Source: Gammaproteobacteria bacterium
GTDB taxonomy: Bacteria > Pseudomonadota > Gammaproteobacteria > UBA12402
Assembly (NCBI GenBank): GCA_050123335.1
Contig: JASFHH010000005.1
Coordinates: 792-64,791, forward strand
Direction: 5' to 3'
Length of the DNA stretch: 64,000 bases
Shown piece by piece: positions 47,162 to 59,300 of the stretch; position 1 is the first letter of the stretch; each line of letters starts with the position of its first letter. Below the pieces are notes generated by a model that was not told the DNA's origin, searched no databases, and saw nothing but the letters and a program-made list of their open reading frames with translations. Made by a program: the position numbers and the translations under genes.

Positions 47162-47969
47162 TATTATTTTTCAAGGTCTATACCCGGATCATGGGTTACG
47201 TTTTATACCGAAGACATAGGTAATACTCTTGGACCAAAAGCCTAATAGTGTAACCTATGTCTCCGGCATATTCTGTTATCTATGTGTCAGGTAGCGCACA
47301 AGGCTTTAAGCGATTTTTCAGTTTTCCAAATTTAGTGTTGTGTGTAATTCTGGTGTAATTGTGCAGAAAAAATTGTGATTTTTATTAGTTGATTTTATTA
47401 TTCGTTGGAAGCGTATAGTTTTTCTAATATATCCATTGCTGACTGAATATGCTCACCGTTTTGATGATTGTAGTGATTATGTAAAGCTTTACATAATCAC
47501 TATTTGTTATGACTATCTGCTTAATTATATTAATACTTATCTTATAATCTGCTTTATTCTACATACTTTAAAAGAACGTAAAAATAAGCTTAAAATGCAA
47601 GCTGATATAAATTTACTGCAGCAAAAAATTAAGGAAATCAATATTGCAAAAGAGTTTGCTGATGCTAAAAAAAGAACAGTTGAAAATAAAATAGATGTTT
47701 TAGAAAAACAGATTGCTAAGTTAAAGCAACAATTAAAAAATTGCGCGGTCTTTATTTCGTAAAATAAAGGTGGTGAGAACAATCCGAACCATGATTTTTT
47801 TCATTTTTGAGATTTATTGTGGGAATTTCTTACGTTATCATCGAATGGAAATAATAAAGTTGATCCTAAAGTTTTAACTCTATCAAAACTGGTAGATTCA
47901 ATCACGTTTCGTAAAATGATGTACAAAACTATAACTAATAGTTAAAACTAGTATCGATGAGAAAAATTA

Positions 47970-49172
47970 TTATAATGGCTTTATTTTGCTAGTTTTACAA
48001 CTATGTAGTTCAATATCACGTAACAATTTTTTATGTAAGCTCGCTAGCAACCCTATATAATCTTTTTGAAACAACTCACTTAAAATCCAATATTTTTTAT
48101 AGTTCAGAATTTTGTAAGTATCATTGTTTGAATTTAATAATAATGTTAGAAATCTTTCGGCAGATAATATATCTTTTTTTCTTATTTTAAATGCTATAGA
48201 AGCAAAGATAAGTGATTGAACTCTCCCAAAGTTTTTATAGAATCTTTTGCTTAAAAATAATTTTGTATACCAATTTCTCGTAAAGTTCCCATTATTTTTT
48301 ATGCGAAGTGAAAATGATGTAAAGTTTTGTTCTTTCATCTCATTAAACACATTTCTTATTTCATAAGTTTTTTCTATACTAGAATATAATTTCTTTCCCA
48401 TGTAAAAATTATCAAAACAATACTTATTGTTAGGGTTAAAATTATTTTTTGTCTTTTTATTATAGTGTATGACTTCTTGGTGATTTCCGTAAAATTCTGG
48501 GATAAAAGTGGCTATATACAAAAATAAATCGGTAGGCAATGACCCATTTAATAAAAGCGCGACACTAACAACATATTTAAACATTTCTTTTTTAAAGTTT
48601 TGGGTTGTTTTAAGAAAGCTTAATTCATTTATAATATTTTTTAATTTTCTATCATATTTATTTAATTTAGTTAAAAATGTAACATTACTTCTATGACAAA
48701 TATTGTTGTCTTTAATAAGTTTATGTAGTTGCTTTGCTGAATATAACAATCTACTTGGATTAATTGAATAAAATCTTACATTATATGGTAATTTATTATA
48801 ATAAAGTAAGCTGTAATCACATTGATGTGTTGTAATTTCAACAGTGGTGCTGATATTGCCAACTTTTTTTACTACTTTTGTTCCATCTTTATATTCTTTT
48901 ATGCATTCTGAAAAATTGTTATCTATCATTTCATTGTTGATTGATAAAAAAGGCATTAATCTATCTAATTCAAAGACTTTACACGTATATATAACTGGTG
49001 GGTGTGTGGTTACCGTATTATATGAAGGTATAAAAGTAATGGTTTTGGATACGCCAAAAATCATTTTATGTTTTTTACATGTATGTAAAATTTCATCCCA
49101 TATTAGCATATATTCTTCTTTAATTTTTTCATATTTCTTAATTTCTTTTTTTTGTTTCAAATGGAATAACAT
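47970..49172 (-). CDS. Hypothetical Asn/Lys/Tyr-rich protein (400 aa), islet cargo
   Basis: ORF only. Very AT-rich codon usage and no recognisable domain. Confidence 0.45.
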   Translation of the reverse strand: MLFHLKQKKEIKKYEKIKEEYMLIWDEILHTCKKHKMIFGVSKTITFIPSYNTVTTHPPVIYTCKVFELDRLMPFLSINNEMIDNNFSECIKEYKDGTKVVKKVGNISTTVEITTHQCDYSLLYYNKLPYNVRFYSINPSRLLYSAKQLHKLIKDNNICHRSNVTFLTKLNKYDRKLKNIINELSFLKTTQNFKKEMFKYVVSVALLLNGSLPTDLFLYIATFIPEFYGNHQEVIHYNKKTKNNFNPNNKYCFDNFYMGKKLYSSIEKTYEIRNVFNEMKEQNFTSFSLRIKNNGNFTRNWYTKLFLSKRFYKNFGRVQSLIFASIAFKIRKKDILSAERFLTLLLNSNNDTYKILNYKKYWILSELFQKDYIGLLASLHKKLLRDIELHSCKTSKIKPL

Positions 49173-49445
49173 ATAATATATCTCCTAATTGTTATCTTTT
49201 TAAGAAATCTTGATTCATTGGTTGCGTATTATAATAAAAACAAGTTGGTATTTCTATCTCTCAAATTAAACTATTTATTTGGCATTACAACATTTTTTCA
49301 TATCATTAGGTCATAATTAAATTATAATAATGGATTATAAGGTTTATGCAAGTGTTTACTTTATGATTGTTTACTTTATAATCGCAATATAAATTGCTTA
49401 TATTGTTTCGCCAATTATCGAAATGCTAATAGTATGGATTGAGTT

Positions 49446-50852
49446 ATGTATAAAGAAAAACCAAATTTTTTTGTATTGTTTGCATCGGCCATCGCCATTT
49501 TTGTTATATCAATGGATATTGCAAATGCAAATATTAGTACGCCTTTTATAGCGGATTCATTTCACTTAACAATAAATTGTGCTTCGCTTGTTTTACTAAC
49601 CTATTATTTGGCATTAACCAGCTTACTTTTGCCGTTTGGCAGATTAAGTGATTTAAAAGGAACAATGAAAGTACTTAAAATAGGGTTTGTAATTTTTATT
49701 TTTGGATCTTTTTTTTCCGGGTTATCTACAAATATATGGTTGCTAGGAGTTTTTAGATTTTGTCAGGGGATTGGTGGAGCAATGTTGTTGACAACCTATG
49801 GGGCTACGGTTACAAAGTACTTGCCGTCTTATTTTACAGGCAGAGCATTTGGAGTTATTACGATTTTTGCTGGCGCCGGTTTTGCTTTCGGTTTTTTGCT
49901 AGGAGGCCTTCTTATAAGATACTATTCATGGAGATTGGGATTTCTGATTAATATTCCTTTCTGTGTTATCGGGCTATTTCTTCTTAAAGAATACTTTGTC
50001 GATATTAGGGAGATAAGCCAGCAAAATGCCATGAAAAAATTTGATGTAATAGGTAGCGTATTGATTTCAATTGTTTTCTTTTTGTTAGCTTATTTACTAA
50101 ATCAATTTAATAATATATTAGTACTATATATTTTTGCAATTATTGTTGTTGGTATTATTTGTTTTATATTTTTTGTTTATAGAGTAAAAAATTGTCCTAA
50201 TCCACTTATAGATATTAATCTTATTAAAGATTCTGCATTACTATTTGCTTTTATTAGTGTTGCTATTGTTAATATGGTATTTGATGGTTTTAATTTTATT
50301 GTGCCATTTTATTTAAAAATGATAAAACAACTTCCTGCAGCAGAGATAGGTATTATTTTAACAATTTTACCAATTACTTCTTTATTTGCTGGGTTTGGAA
50401 TTGGATATTGCATAGATAAATGTGGTGCGCAAAGAAATATCATTTTCTCTACAGTAATGTTGGTTTTATCCTCAATGTTGTTTTTTTGTTTTCAACAATA
50501 TACTTCATTGATTTATATAATTATTTCTTTGATAGTATTAGGTGTGGTTATTGCTATTTTTTTTACAGCAAACATTACATTTATTATGGGTCATGCTAAC
50601 TCAGAAAATGCTGGTATGGTAGCATCAATAAAAGCTGTGGTTTCATATTTTGGGGGATTTGTTAGTATTGCAATATTCGCGCAAATATTATCTGGTAATT
50701 ATATTATTAAATCAGAAGCTATTCATAAAGTTTCTGCCCAATACAATTTGATGATGCATTTTAGATATGCTTGTTTGTTTAGTGTGGTATTATCAGTGAT
50801 TGTGTGCTTTTTATCTTTTTTTTCTAAACAAAGAAAATGCCAAAATAGTTAA
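49446..50852 (+). CDS. MFS transporter (DHA2/EmrB-like drug:H+ antiporter, ~14 TMS)
   Basis: 468 aa with multiple TM helices. MFS motif-A-like GRLSDLKG between TM2 and TM3. Confidence 0.75.
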   Translation: MYKEKPNFFVLFASAIAIFVISMDIANANISTPFIADSFHLTINCASLVLLTYYLALTSLLLPFGRLSDLKGTMKVLKIGFVIFIFGSFFSGLSTNIWLLGVFRFCQGIGGAMLLTTYGATVTKYLPSYFTGRAFGVITIFAGAGFAFGFLLGGLLIRYYSWRLGFLINIPFCVIGLFLLKEYFVDIREISQQNAMKKFDVIGSVLISIVFFLLAYLLNQFNNILVLYIFAIIVVGIICFIFFVYRVKNCPNPLIDINLIKDSALLFAFISVAIVNMVFDGFNFIVPFYLKMIKQLPAAEIGIILTILPITSLFAGFGIGYCIDKCGAQRNIIFSTVMLVLSSMLFFCFQQYTSLIYIIISLIVLGVVIAIFFTANITFIMGHANSENAGMVASIKAVVSYFGGFVSIAIFAQILSGNYIIKSEAIHKVSAQYNLMMHFRYACLFSVVLSVIVCFLSFFSKQRKCQNS

Positions 50853-50912
50853 TTGGCTATATAACATTTGGGTTGCTTTGATTAATAATTTTTTGTGTTA
50901 TTATATGTTTTT

Positions 50913-52685
50913 TTAATGATATGTTCCTGGTTGTAATGTTACAGTATCTTTTGATTTTTCCTCGGAGATATTTTCAAAATTGACGTTACTTTGTGAAGTT
51001 TCTTCAATGATGGTAGTGCATCGATTAGAAATTTCAGACCAATTAAAATTTTTAAGATTAGTGTGAACTTGTCCCCACATTTTATCAATTTCAGCAGGTG
51101 AAGCAATAGTTAAGAAAGTTATTAATTTTCCAACGATTGTCATCACTTTATTTTGAATACTTTTTGTAAAAGGTAGGGTATCTTGGGCAAAATTAAAAGA
51201 GCCTTCTATTGAACCAGCAGTACTAGTGAGAAGAGTTGCAATGCATACAAATATATATAAGACTAATTGTTCTGGAACAGGGGTTATCGCAATTGTGGTA
51301 ATGCCAAGAAGTAATCCACAAAGTATAGATAATGCTAGACATATTAACGTTCCAAATTTTGACAAGGCTGTTTTTGTATTGCAATTTGTACTATCATTTT
51401 TATCGGGTTTATGGCACCTGATGAAATTAAGAGCGCTTTTTAATAATCTAAAAATTGTTAAAGTATAAAAAATAAAAAATAAAAATTCCGAGCCTAGTCC
51501 TATACAATATCCTAAAATTTTTGGTACTGTATAACCTATCATCGCCCAAAAATCTGTAAAAGCGTTTTCTGCTTGTTCTCGAAAGCCTAAGGTTCCAGGG
51601 ATTATTATAATTGCGCTAGAAAGCATTAATGAATAAGTCGTTACAGTTTTATACAAGGGAATATCTTTATTGAGAAGTCGTGCTATAAATTCAGCCTTTT
51701 GTTTTTTTGACAAGCATTTTGAGTGATTGTTAATTATATCAACAAGATCAAGTAACTTACTTTTGTGTAGCGCATCAAAATTTCTGCAAATACCTTTTAG
51801 TAGAAAACTGCGTTTTTGTTTATTGGTTAAGTTAGTTGGAATTTGTTTGCGTTGTATACAGCTAAAGAAACTATATTTATTTTCTCCAAGCTTCCTGCAT
51901 TTTTTACACAAATAGCTATATATAGTGCTCATAAAATTGTCAAAAGAATTAATCAATAAAGGCAGATTATCACTCAGTAAATGTTCAACACCGCTTGCAA
52001 TGGCTATTCCCCCAGGTATTCCTAAAGGGAAGGCAATGCTAAATTTAATTGCATCGGAAGAGATTAAAGAGACAGGCAGTCCTAATTTAATAAAATTAGC
52101 AAAAGTAAGCATAGGAAAGAAAATTCGAAGAGTTCCTCCTAAATATTCATCTACTTTTTTTAAAATAGCCAAAGGAAAACTTCTAATTTTTTTCAGGTAT
52201 TTTTTACAATTTATATGTTTATTAATTTCATACTCAACTTTCAATTTAGTATAATAGGTGCTCAATGGTGCTTGAGCTAATACAATAATTACGCTGCCTA
52301 ATATTCCACATGAAATTAATAAACTTTTGGCAGTCGGATCTTTGACTTGAAAAATACCTAATGGGCTTGGATTATCAGATTTCACAACTATTTTATCAAG
52401 AAAAAGGAAAAATAGACTGGGTAAGCTAAACAAAATTGAAGAGGCTGCTATAAATCCCCCTGTATATGCGGTTAAACCGTTACATATTTTATAACTAATA
52501 GAAATACAGTCTTTTTTATGATGTGTACAACAACATATTTCAATTTTTGTATCTTTGGTTTTTATATTGTAGATAATTAGTGGTTTTGTTTCTTCAGTAT
52601 TTTTTTTTGAAGAAGTTGTTTTACATCTATTAGAATCGCAGTAATACGATAATAGTCGGACACTTTTTTCAATGCCTTCATACAT
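50913..52685 (-). CDS. Large polytopic membrane protein (590 aa), hypothetical
   Basis: ORF with >8 hydrophobic segments and a Cys-rich N-terminus (CCCTHHKKDC). No family recognised. Confidence 0.45.
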   Translation of the reverse strand: MYEGIEKSVRLLSYYCDSNRCKTTSSKKNTEETKPLIIYNIKTKDTKIEICCCTHHKKDCISISYKICNGLTAYTGGFIAASSILFSLPSLFFLFLDKIVVKSDNPSPLGIFQVKDPTAKSLLISCGILGSVIIVLAQAPLSTYYTKLKVEYEINKHINCKKYLKKIRSFPLAILKKVDEYLGGTLRIFFPMLTFANFIKLGLPVSLISSDAIKFSIAFPLGIPGGIAIASGVEHLLSDNLPLLINSFDNFMSTIYSYLCKKCRKLGENKYSFFSCIQRKQIPTNLTNKQKRSFLLKGICRNFDALHKSKLLDLVDIINNHSKCLSKKQKAEFIARLLNKDIPLYKTVTTYSLMLSSAIIIIPGTLGFREQAENAFTDFWAMIGYTVPKILGYCIGLGSEFLFFIFYTLTIFRLLKSALNFIRCHKPDKNDSTNCNTKTALSKFGTLICLALSILCGLLLGITTIAITPVPEQLVLYIFVCIATLLTSTAGSIEGSFNFAQDTLPFTKSIQNKVMTIVGKLITFLTIASPAEIDKMWGQVHTNLKNFNWSEISNRCTTIIEETSQSNVNFENISEEKSKDTVTLQPGTYH

Positions 52686-52861
52686 GATATGTTCCTATTT
52701 TTTTTAATTCTTTAAATAATGTATAATAACCTAAAATTAGTAATAGCGCTAATAATAAATTAGAAAAAAGTAAAATATTAAGCAAGACAATTTTTAACAA
52801 AAAATGATTGTATAATAGATTGTAGTTATTAGTTATAATTATCTTTTTTAAATATGACAAA

Positions 52862-53104
52862 AATATTGGTGACGTATAAGAAAAACTTTGAATGGAGAAG
52901 ACTTCGCTTGTAACATGTATAAAACGCGACCCAAAAAGATTATATAGTAAAACTTTTAATAAAAAGATTTCCAGCATGAATGGAATAAGCTCTGAATATG
53001 AACCACCAACTAATTCTGAACTAGTGATTAACACTGAAAATAACAAAATTTCCGAGTGTGTAACACTAATTACTGAATATTTGTCCATAAGCCATTTAAT
53101 ATAA
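52862..53104 (+). pseudogene. cysC: Adenylyl-sulfate kinase (cysC) C-terminal remnant
   Basis: …VTCIKRDPKRLYSKTFNKKISSMNGISSEYEPPTNSELVINTENNKISECV… parallels the APS-kinase C-terminus (…[36 protein letters not shown]…). Only ~55 codons are retained. Confidence 0.5.
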
Positions 53105-53122
53105 ACTTGTTATGGATAATTT

Positions 53123-53875
53123 CTAGGTCAAACGATATTGCGATAAAAATTTGTAATAATGTTTATTGTTCTCATATAATTCCAGCAGTGTTTGGGAGTT
53201 GTATAACATGTCAAATGATGTAGATTCTGTTTTCTTAAATCCAGAGCTTTCTCCAACTTCTTGAAAAGCTATTTTGAATATTTCCCATCGTGAGTCAAAG
53301 CATGGCTTCCATTGTAAAGCCGTAGATAAATATGGGATATCTACTGCTTTACAATATGCTCTAATTATTTTTTCAGGGTTATTAACTAAGTCGTCTGCAT
53401 CAATAACAACAGGAATTGTACCAGTTTTTTCTTGAACGGCTCTAAATATTTGATATTGTTCTCGAATACCAATACATAAAGAGTTAAAGTTTAATTTTTT
53501 ACTTAACTTGGCTAACGATATAATTGTTTTTTTGAGATCTCGGATGATAAATGTATTTGTTATTTTCTTAATAAAATCTGTATCTTGAATAAACTCATTC
53601 GAAACAAAAAATGACAGCTCTTTAAAAAAAGTGTTTTTTGATTTAGAACTATTTATTAATAAATTTTTTATTTGATTATATGATGCTGGATTATCGAGTT
53701 GCTCAATAATACGAGGAGGGCTTAAATTAAACTGTTGCTGTCCTTTATGTTTTTTGGAATAATAATAAGCAAATGGTTCATGAAAAATTTCAAAATCACC
53801 GCGTTCAATCATCATACGTTCAAATGCGGTAGAGAGACTACGAGAATATCCCCATAAACCAATTAACTTTTCCAT
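53123..53875 (-). CDS. Putative sulfotransferase-family protein
   Basis: N-terminal GYSRSLSTAF resembles a PAPS 5'-phosphosulfate-binding loop. ~250 aa. Lies next to the cysC (PAPS synthesis) remnant. Confidence 0.4.
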   Translation of the reverse strand: MEKLIGLWGYSRSLSTAFERMMIERGDFEIFHEPFAYYYSKKHKGQQQFNLSPPRIIEQLDNPASYNQIKNLLINSSKSKNTFFKELSFFVSNEFIQDTDFIKKITNTFIIRDLKKTIISLAKLSKKLNFNSLCIGIREQYQIFRAVQEKTGTIPVVIDADDLVNNPEKIIRAYCKAVDIPYLSTALQWKPCFDSRWEIFKIAFQEVGESSGFKKTESTSFDMLYNSQTLLELYENNKHYYKFLSQYRLT

Positions 53876-54077
53876 ATATGTTCCTCACTATTAGCTATGT
53901 ATACTAGCAGACAAGGCAAAAATTGTTTAATAACTGCGCATTGTTCAAAATAACTACAAAAATCAATGCTTGAATAAACCTTGAAAGTAATTATTGTGAC
54001 AATAATTTTATTATTGAAAAATTATAGCAAGTTCAGTTGAATATTTAAATAAACAAAAATATAAGTTCAGAATTTTG

Positions 54078-54461
54078 TTAACCTAAATTCAAGTTTAAAA
54101 ACGTATTTCTGTATAAAATGTTTATATGAAAGGCGTGTGTAATTTTGGTGTAATTGTACAGTTTGTTTATTTTCACCAAAACCTTGAACATCTTTGCTGT
54201 ATCAGTTGTGCGTGCTTTTCCATTTGGCGTTTCCATTTTCAAGTGCCCGATATTATCGGACACTTGAGTAAATCCTTGTTTTATAAGTTTATTTTTTAAA
54301 TCAGACCAATATTTTCTTGGTCTGGTTGAACCAGTTAATGCTTCAATGATATCGATAACAGAAAACCACCATTCGCCATTATGGATGGTTTTGCGGATTT
54401 CTTTGCCTTTAAAGACAGCAATTTTGGTTGATGTCTCTATAGCTGTGTTATTTTTGTTCAT
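54078..54461 (-). CDS. Bro-N/KilA-N-like domain protein (phage antirepressor-like), possibly truncated
   Basis: …KIAVFKGKEIRKTIHNGEWWFSVIDIIEALTGSTRPRKYWSDLKNKL… is the Bro-N pattern, 127 aa. Its 3' end contains the direct repeat shared with 47338. Confidence 0.5.
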   Translation of the reverse strand: MNKNNTAIETSTKIAVFKGKEIRKTIHNGEWWFSVIDIIEALTGSTRPRKYWSDLKNKLIKQGFTQVSDNIGHLKMETPNGKARTTDTAKMFKVLVKINKLYNYTKITHAFHINILYRNTFLNLNLG

Positions 54462-54935
54462 AATTTGTTTTCCCTTTTAAGTTTGGATGATTTTTCTTAG
54501 CCTCCAAAATTTCTTTTTTAGCCTTTATTAATCGTTCGTCATTGTTCTGGAAATTAAGAGCTGATGCGGTGGGATTTAGATTATAGTATTATGATTAGAT
54601 TAACTTTTAGTGAGGAGAAGTCAATTAAAAAATTAATTTTGCTGTAATGAAATTGGGTTTGCATTAATGGACCTGTAATTATTATTAACATCTTCTTTTA
54701 ACAATTTCAAGAGCTAACATAGTACCACCTGAAATTAACAAGCCGGTACTTACGTTTAATAAAAATTCTATTTGGGGGTTATATTCTGCAACAACATTAT
54801 CTATATTTAAAATGCAAATATTTTATTTACCATTTTATTGTAATCAACTTTTATTCTAGACCATCAACCTTAACAGAGTCTTAAGGAATTTCTCATTTCA
54901 AATAAGCGTTTGATTATATTGATAAACTTTTTTAC

Positions 54936-56172
54936 TTTGTAGGGGACAATTTTGTATGAATAAAGAAATAACTCGCTGATTTTACGGGAAAATGTATAAT
55001 CTCATTTTTGAATATTTGAAGTTTAAAAGGAGGTTATATGAATCCCACCAGCGAGTTAGTGAAGATTTTAAGTAAAAATCTCGATTGGCACAAGTCTAGA
55101 TTGAATTGTTTTGTAAAAATGTTGCTATCGTTGTTCGTTGTAAGAACAGTTAATCTGCGAGAATTAGCGGTAGCATTCGATAGTAATGCGCAACTTGGTT
55201 CGCGATATAAAAGGATAAAAAGGTTTTTTGCGCAATTCAAAATTAAGCAAGAAGTTTTAGCCAAATTAATTTTCGAATTATTTTTTTTTAAAATCAGATA
55301 AAATTTATTTAACAGTGGATCGCACAAACTGGTGGTGGGGTAAATCCAGCATTAATATTTTAACTTTAGGAATTGCGCATGAAGGAATTTCGATTCCATT
55401 ATTTTGGAATTTACTTAAGGGCACCAGTTCGACAGGCGATGATCAGTTTGAAATTGTAAAAAGATTTGTAAAAGTGTTTGGTAAAGATTGTATTGCTGGC
55501 GTTTTGGCAGACCGAGAATTTGCGAATAAATATTTTTTTAGGAATTTGGTTAAAGCCAAAATACCCTTTTATATAAGGGTTAAAGAAGGATCGAAAGCAA
55601 ATATATTTTATGAAAAAACATTTAAGGTTAAGAAATTATTTAACCAGCTAAAACAGAAATCTCAGATGTCATATATTCAGCCAGTTACAATTCATGGACA
55701 AAAATTATTTGTAGCGGCAGGAAGATCTGAGTCAGGTGAATTATTACTTGTGGCAACGAATCAATACAAAGCAAAAAATGCGGTATCAATATATTTACGC
55801 AGATGGGAAATTGAGGTTTTATTTCAAAGTTTAAAAAGCAGAGGATTTAATTTTGAAGATACACATATTACCAAGCGTGAAAGAATTGAGACTTTGATGT
55901 CCTTACTTGTTGTTGGTTTTAGTTGGGCGCATAAAATTGGTGAATGGCGTGATACTAAAAAACCTGTTGTTTTTAATAAATATCGTGATGGCAGAAGACC
56001 GCAATATAGTTTCTTTCGTTATGGATTAGATTTTATTCGTGATGTGATTTTACATGTAGCCAGACTTAAAAAACAGTTTCGGCGGTGTTTGAAGTTGCTT
56101 TTTTTTCCTCCGAAACCACTCAAAACTTCAATCCAGGAAACAATATCATGATCTTTTGTTCCCTACAGAGAC
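54936..56172 (+). mobile_element. IS4-family insertion sequence (~1.24 kb) with imperfect terminal inverted repeats
   Basis: IRL ctttgtaggggacaattttg (54936-54955) vs the reverse complement of IRR gtctctgtagggaacaaaag (56153-56172). Encodes a DDE transposase. Confidence 0.7.
55038..56151 (+). pseudogene. IS4-family DDE transposase split by a +1 frameshift at a T10 run
   Basis: The two ORFs 55038..55301 and 55315..56151 are in different frames, joined across tttttttttt (55283-55292). The C-terminal YLRRWEIEVLFQSLKSRGFNFE matches the IS4 Y-R-E-K signature. Confidence 0.7.
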
Positions 56173-56301
56173 TTTTTTAAGTTTTTTTGTTTTTGTTAAT
56201 AAAACCTTAAGAATTAGTTGGTATTATCAACGCAAGAAACCAATAGCAGTTTGTTTATCATAATTGCTATTTTAAAAACTATAATTAACAGGAACTTTAA
56301 A

Positions 56302-59300
56302 ATGAAAATGCATAAAATTTTAAGAAAGCTAATCGAAGATTATTTCATTCATCATTCATTAAATATATCAAATGTAAACACAATTAGAAAATCGTTAATC
56401 ACAGCATTGTCGAAACACATTAAAACATTAAAATTTTACGATGCTCCGGCATTTAAATTTTCAGATCCAAAAAAACCAAACTTAAAAGAATTTACAGATG
56501 AATTAAATAAGCTAATAGGAAATTTTCTTGTGTCTCAGAATGAGCTTTCTACCATTATAAATAAAATAGAAAATGAAACTAAAACAAAGAAAATTTCAAG
56601 TGATGATGATTTGGTTAATTTTTTGGAGGACCTTCACAAAAATCACCAAAAATACTTAGATAGATTATCCCCTCAAATACTTGAAATAATTACGTCTAAA
56701 AGACCTAATTATGATCTTAATCTTTTATTCAGGCAAAAAATCAAGCTAACCACTAAATATTTTTTATTTATGGCCCTAAAAAGCAGGAAAAATTTTATCG
56801 CGTGGGTATATGAAAATCAAAAAGTGACGTTTGATCTTGGGATGATGTTACAAAACAAAGGTTTTCCTTGTCTTGCAAAGAAAATTTATCAAGAACTTCT
56901 TTCGTTGAATGAGCAAGAAATTAAGATGTCCTTCTTATCCAAATCACAAAAGCCCCAGTTAGCACCAATGTTTATTTATCTTGATTTCAATAAATTAATA
57001 GAAAAACTGGATCATAATGCATGTAAAGCCACAGCTTTTTTTATCGAACAAATGGCTGAATCAATTTTGTTCAATAAATCTATCGACGCATGGATCCATT
57101 TTCATCAAAGGTCTTCTGAAGAAGAACCTTTTTCTAACATCTATACACCTATCGAAAATCGAAACAACTATAATTTAGTTTCTAAACAATTGCGAAATCT
57201 CTACACAATTATATCGCCAATATATAATGGTAATCGTACGTTTTATGATATATGGAATAATAACCTGGTAATAAAAAACTGTTTTGATTTATCTAATCGT
57301 CTGGCAAAAAGGATAATCGAAAAACTAATACTTTCACTTTATGATAAATACCAAATAGTTCGTATAAAACGAGGTGAAATTAATGGCAGAATAGCCAAGA
57401 TGATACAAAATCTTTATTTTTTAACTAATTCAAAAAGTGACAATTTAATTGCTAGAATAAAAAATTACAGTCGTAATCAAATAATTGATCAAGCAATGAA
57501 AGAAAAAGATTTATTTGTGGGCAAAGATGAAAAATGCCTATATTCGGAAGTTAAAACAGAAATTACATATTTACTTAGAGATCTGGCTTTTCTGCTTAAA
57601 ATTATATATAGAACGCCTACTAAATTAGATCCTTGCACAAAAGTATTGGATGATTCGGAAATTAATAATTATATATTAGCAATAGAAGCAATTATTAAAG
57701 GCGATCTTAATGCGTTAAAAGAAGTTTTTAATATTAAATTTTTAACATGTTATATTACTCCTGAAATTGCACAAAAGAAAAAGAAATTAAATATTCCTTT
57801 TTTGGGCGCAGAAGGATGGACATTATTGCATTGTGCTTTTGATAATGCATTTATCGGGAAAAAGAAAAAAGCATACGTTAAAATTTTAGAATTTTTATAT
57901 GAAAAAATTGAAACATATGAATTAAATTTTATTTTTGATGCGTTTTCCACAAGGTTAGATTTTTCTAACATTAAGGAAAAAAAACCACTGTCAAAATATT
58001 TGCAGTCATATTATTTCTATAACTTTCCTGAATATTCTCGTAGGCGTATTAATACAAAATTATTGTCATCATCCGATGCGCAGAAGTTGTATAAAAAAAT
58101 AACACCACTTTACTGCCTATCTGATAAATGGAGTGATGCATATAATAAACTCATATCAAAATACCATCTTGGATCATTATTAATAGAAAAACGTGAATAT
58201 AAACAAGCTCGTGATAATTTTAAATTTATTATAGACGTTTATGAAAAAAATAATCAAAAAAATCAAAGAGCGAAGTATAACGATAAATATTTAAACCTTG
58301 TCGCAAAATCATACTATTTTTTGGGAATATGTAATTTTAGATTAAACAAACCATCAATGACTGATGATATGATCAATAAACTTGACAACGCGAGTCGTTA
58401 TATAAAAAGCACAACAATTATGTTTCGTCGTGCTATGCAAGTTGCAAAGAAAATCAAATCTAAAACAAACGATACTTATAGGTTTTTAAGTAGCTGTTAT
58501 TGTACTTTAAGCGCTTACTATAGACAAAAGGCTCAAAATGGTAGTGCTGTTAAATCTCTATGTTTAGCAAGAAAACTATTAGAAGAAGCCTTATCAACAG
58601 AACAAAATCGCACATTAAGAAGCCTTGATTTTTGGCAACTGCGGTCGATAGCAAATGAACAGTATCAAATATTGTACAATTCATCCGTCAAAGAAGGTAT
58701 GTCAGAGTTACAAGTCCTTGTAGTGAGCTTAATGGATATTGAAATGTCAGCTATTACACCAAAAAAAATGTTTTCCGATGTTATTTATGATGTTAATAAA
58801 AACGAACGTATAGAAATTATGGAAAATATTTTACTCTGGTCAGAATTTAATAAAAGTCTCCTTGTGCGCAGATTTGGCACAGGAAAAAATTATAATGTAT
58901 TAATTAATAAATTAGGAAATATCTGGGAAAAGCTCGCATTTGAAAGGGTATATGAAAAAGTAATTAATCTCAATCAAAAAGTAAAAGATAAATTACCGCT
59001 GCAAATTGCGATGGAAGCAAATAATGCAAAAGCAGTTACACTATTATTAAAGTATGGAGCAGATATTAATAAATTGAAAGACTTTGATCCAATACAATGG
59101 GCAATTGATAATAATCATCATAAAATAGTTACTTTATTTGTGTTAAAAGGATTTAAGATCGATTATGAATTTAAAACGGATTATTATGATGATAGCTCTC
59201 CAAGAAATCTGCTTGATTATGCTATTCAGCAAAATAATAGTGAGCTGATTAATATTTTATTAAGTAAACAACATAAAGTAGACAGGATAAACATAAAAAA

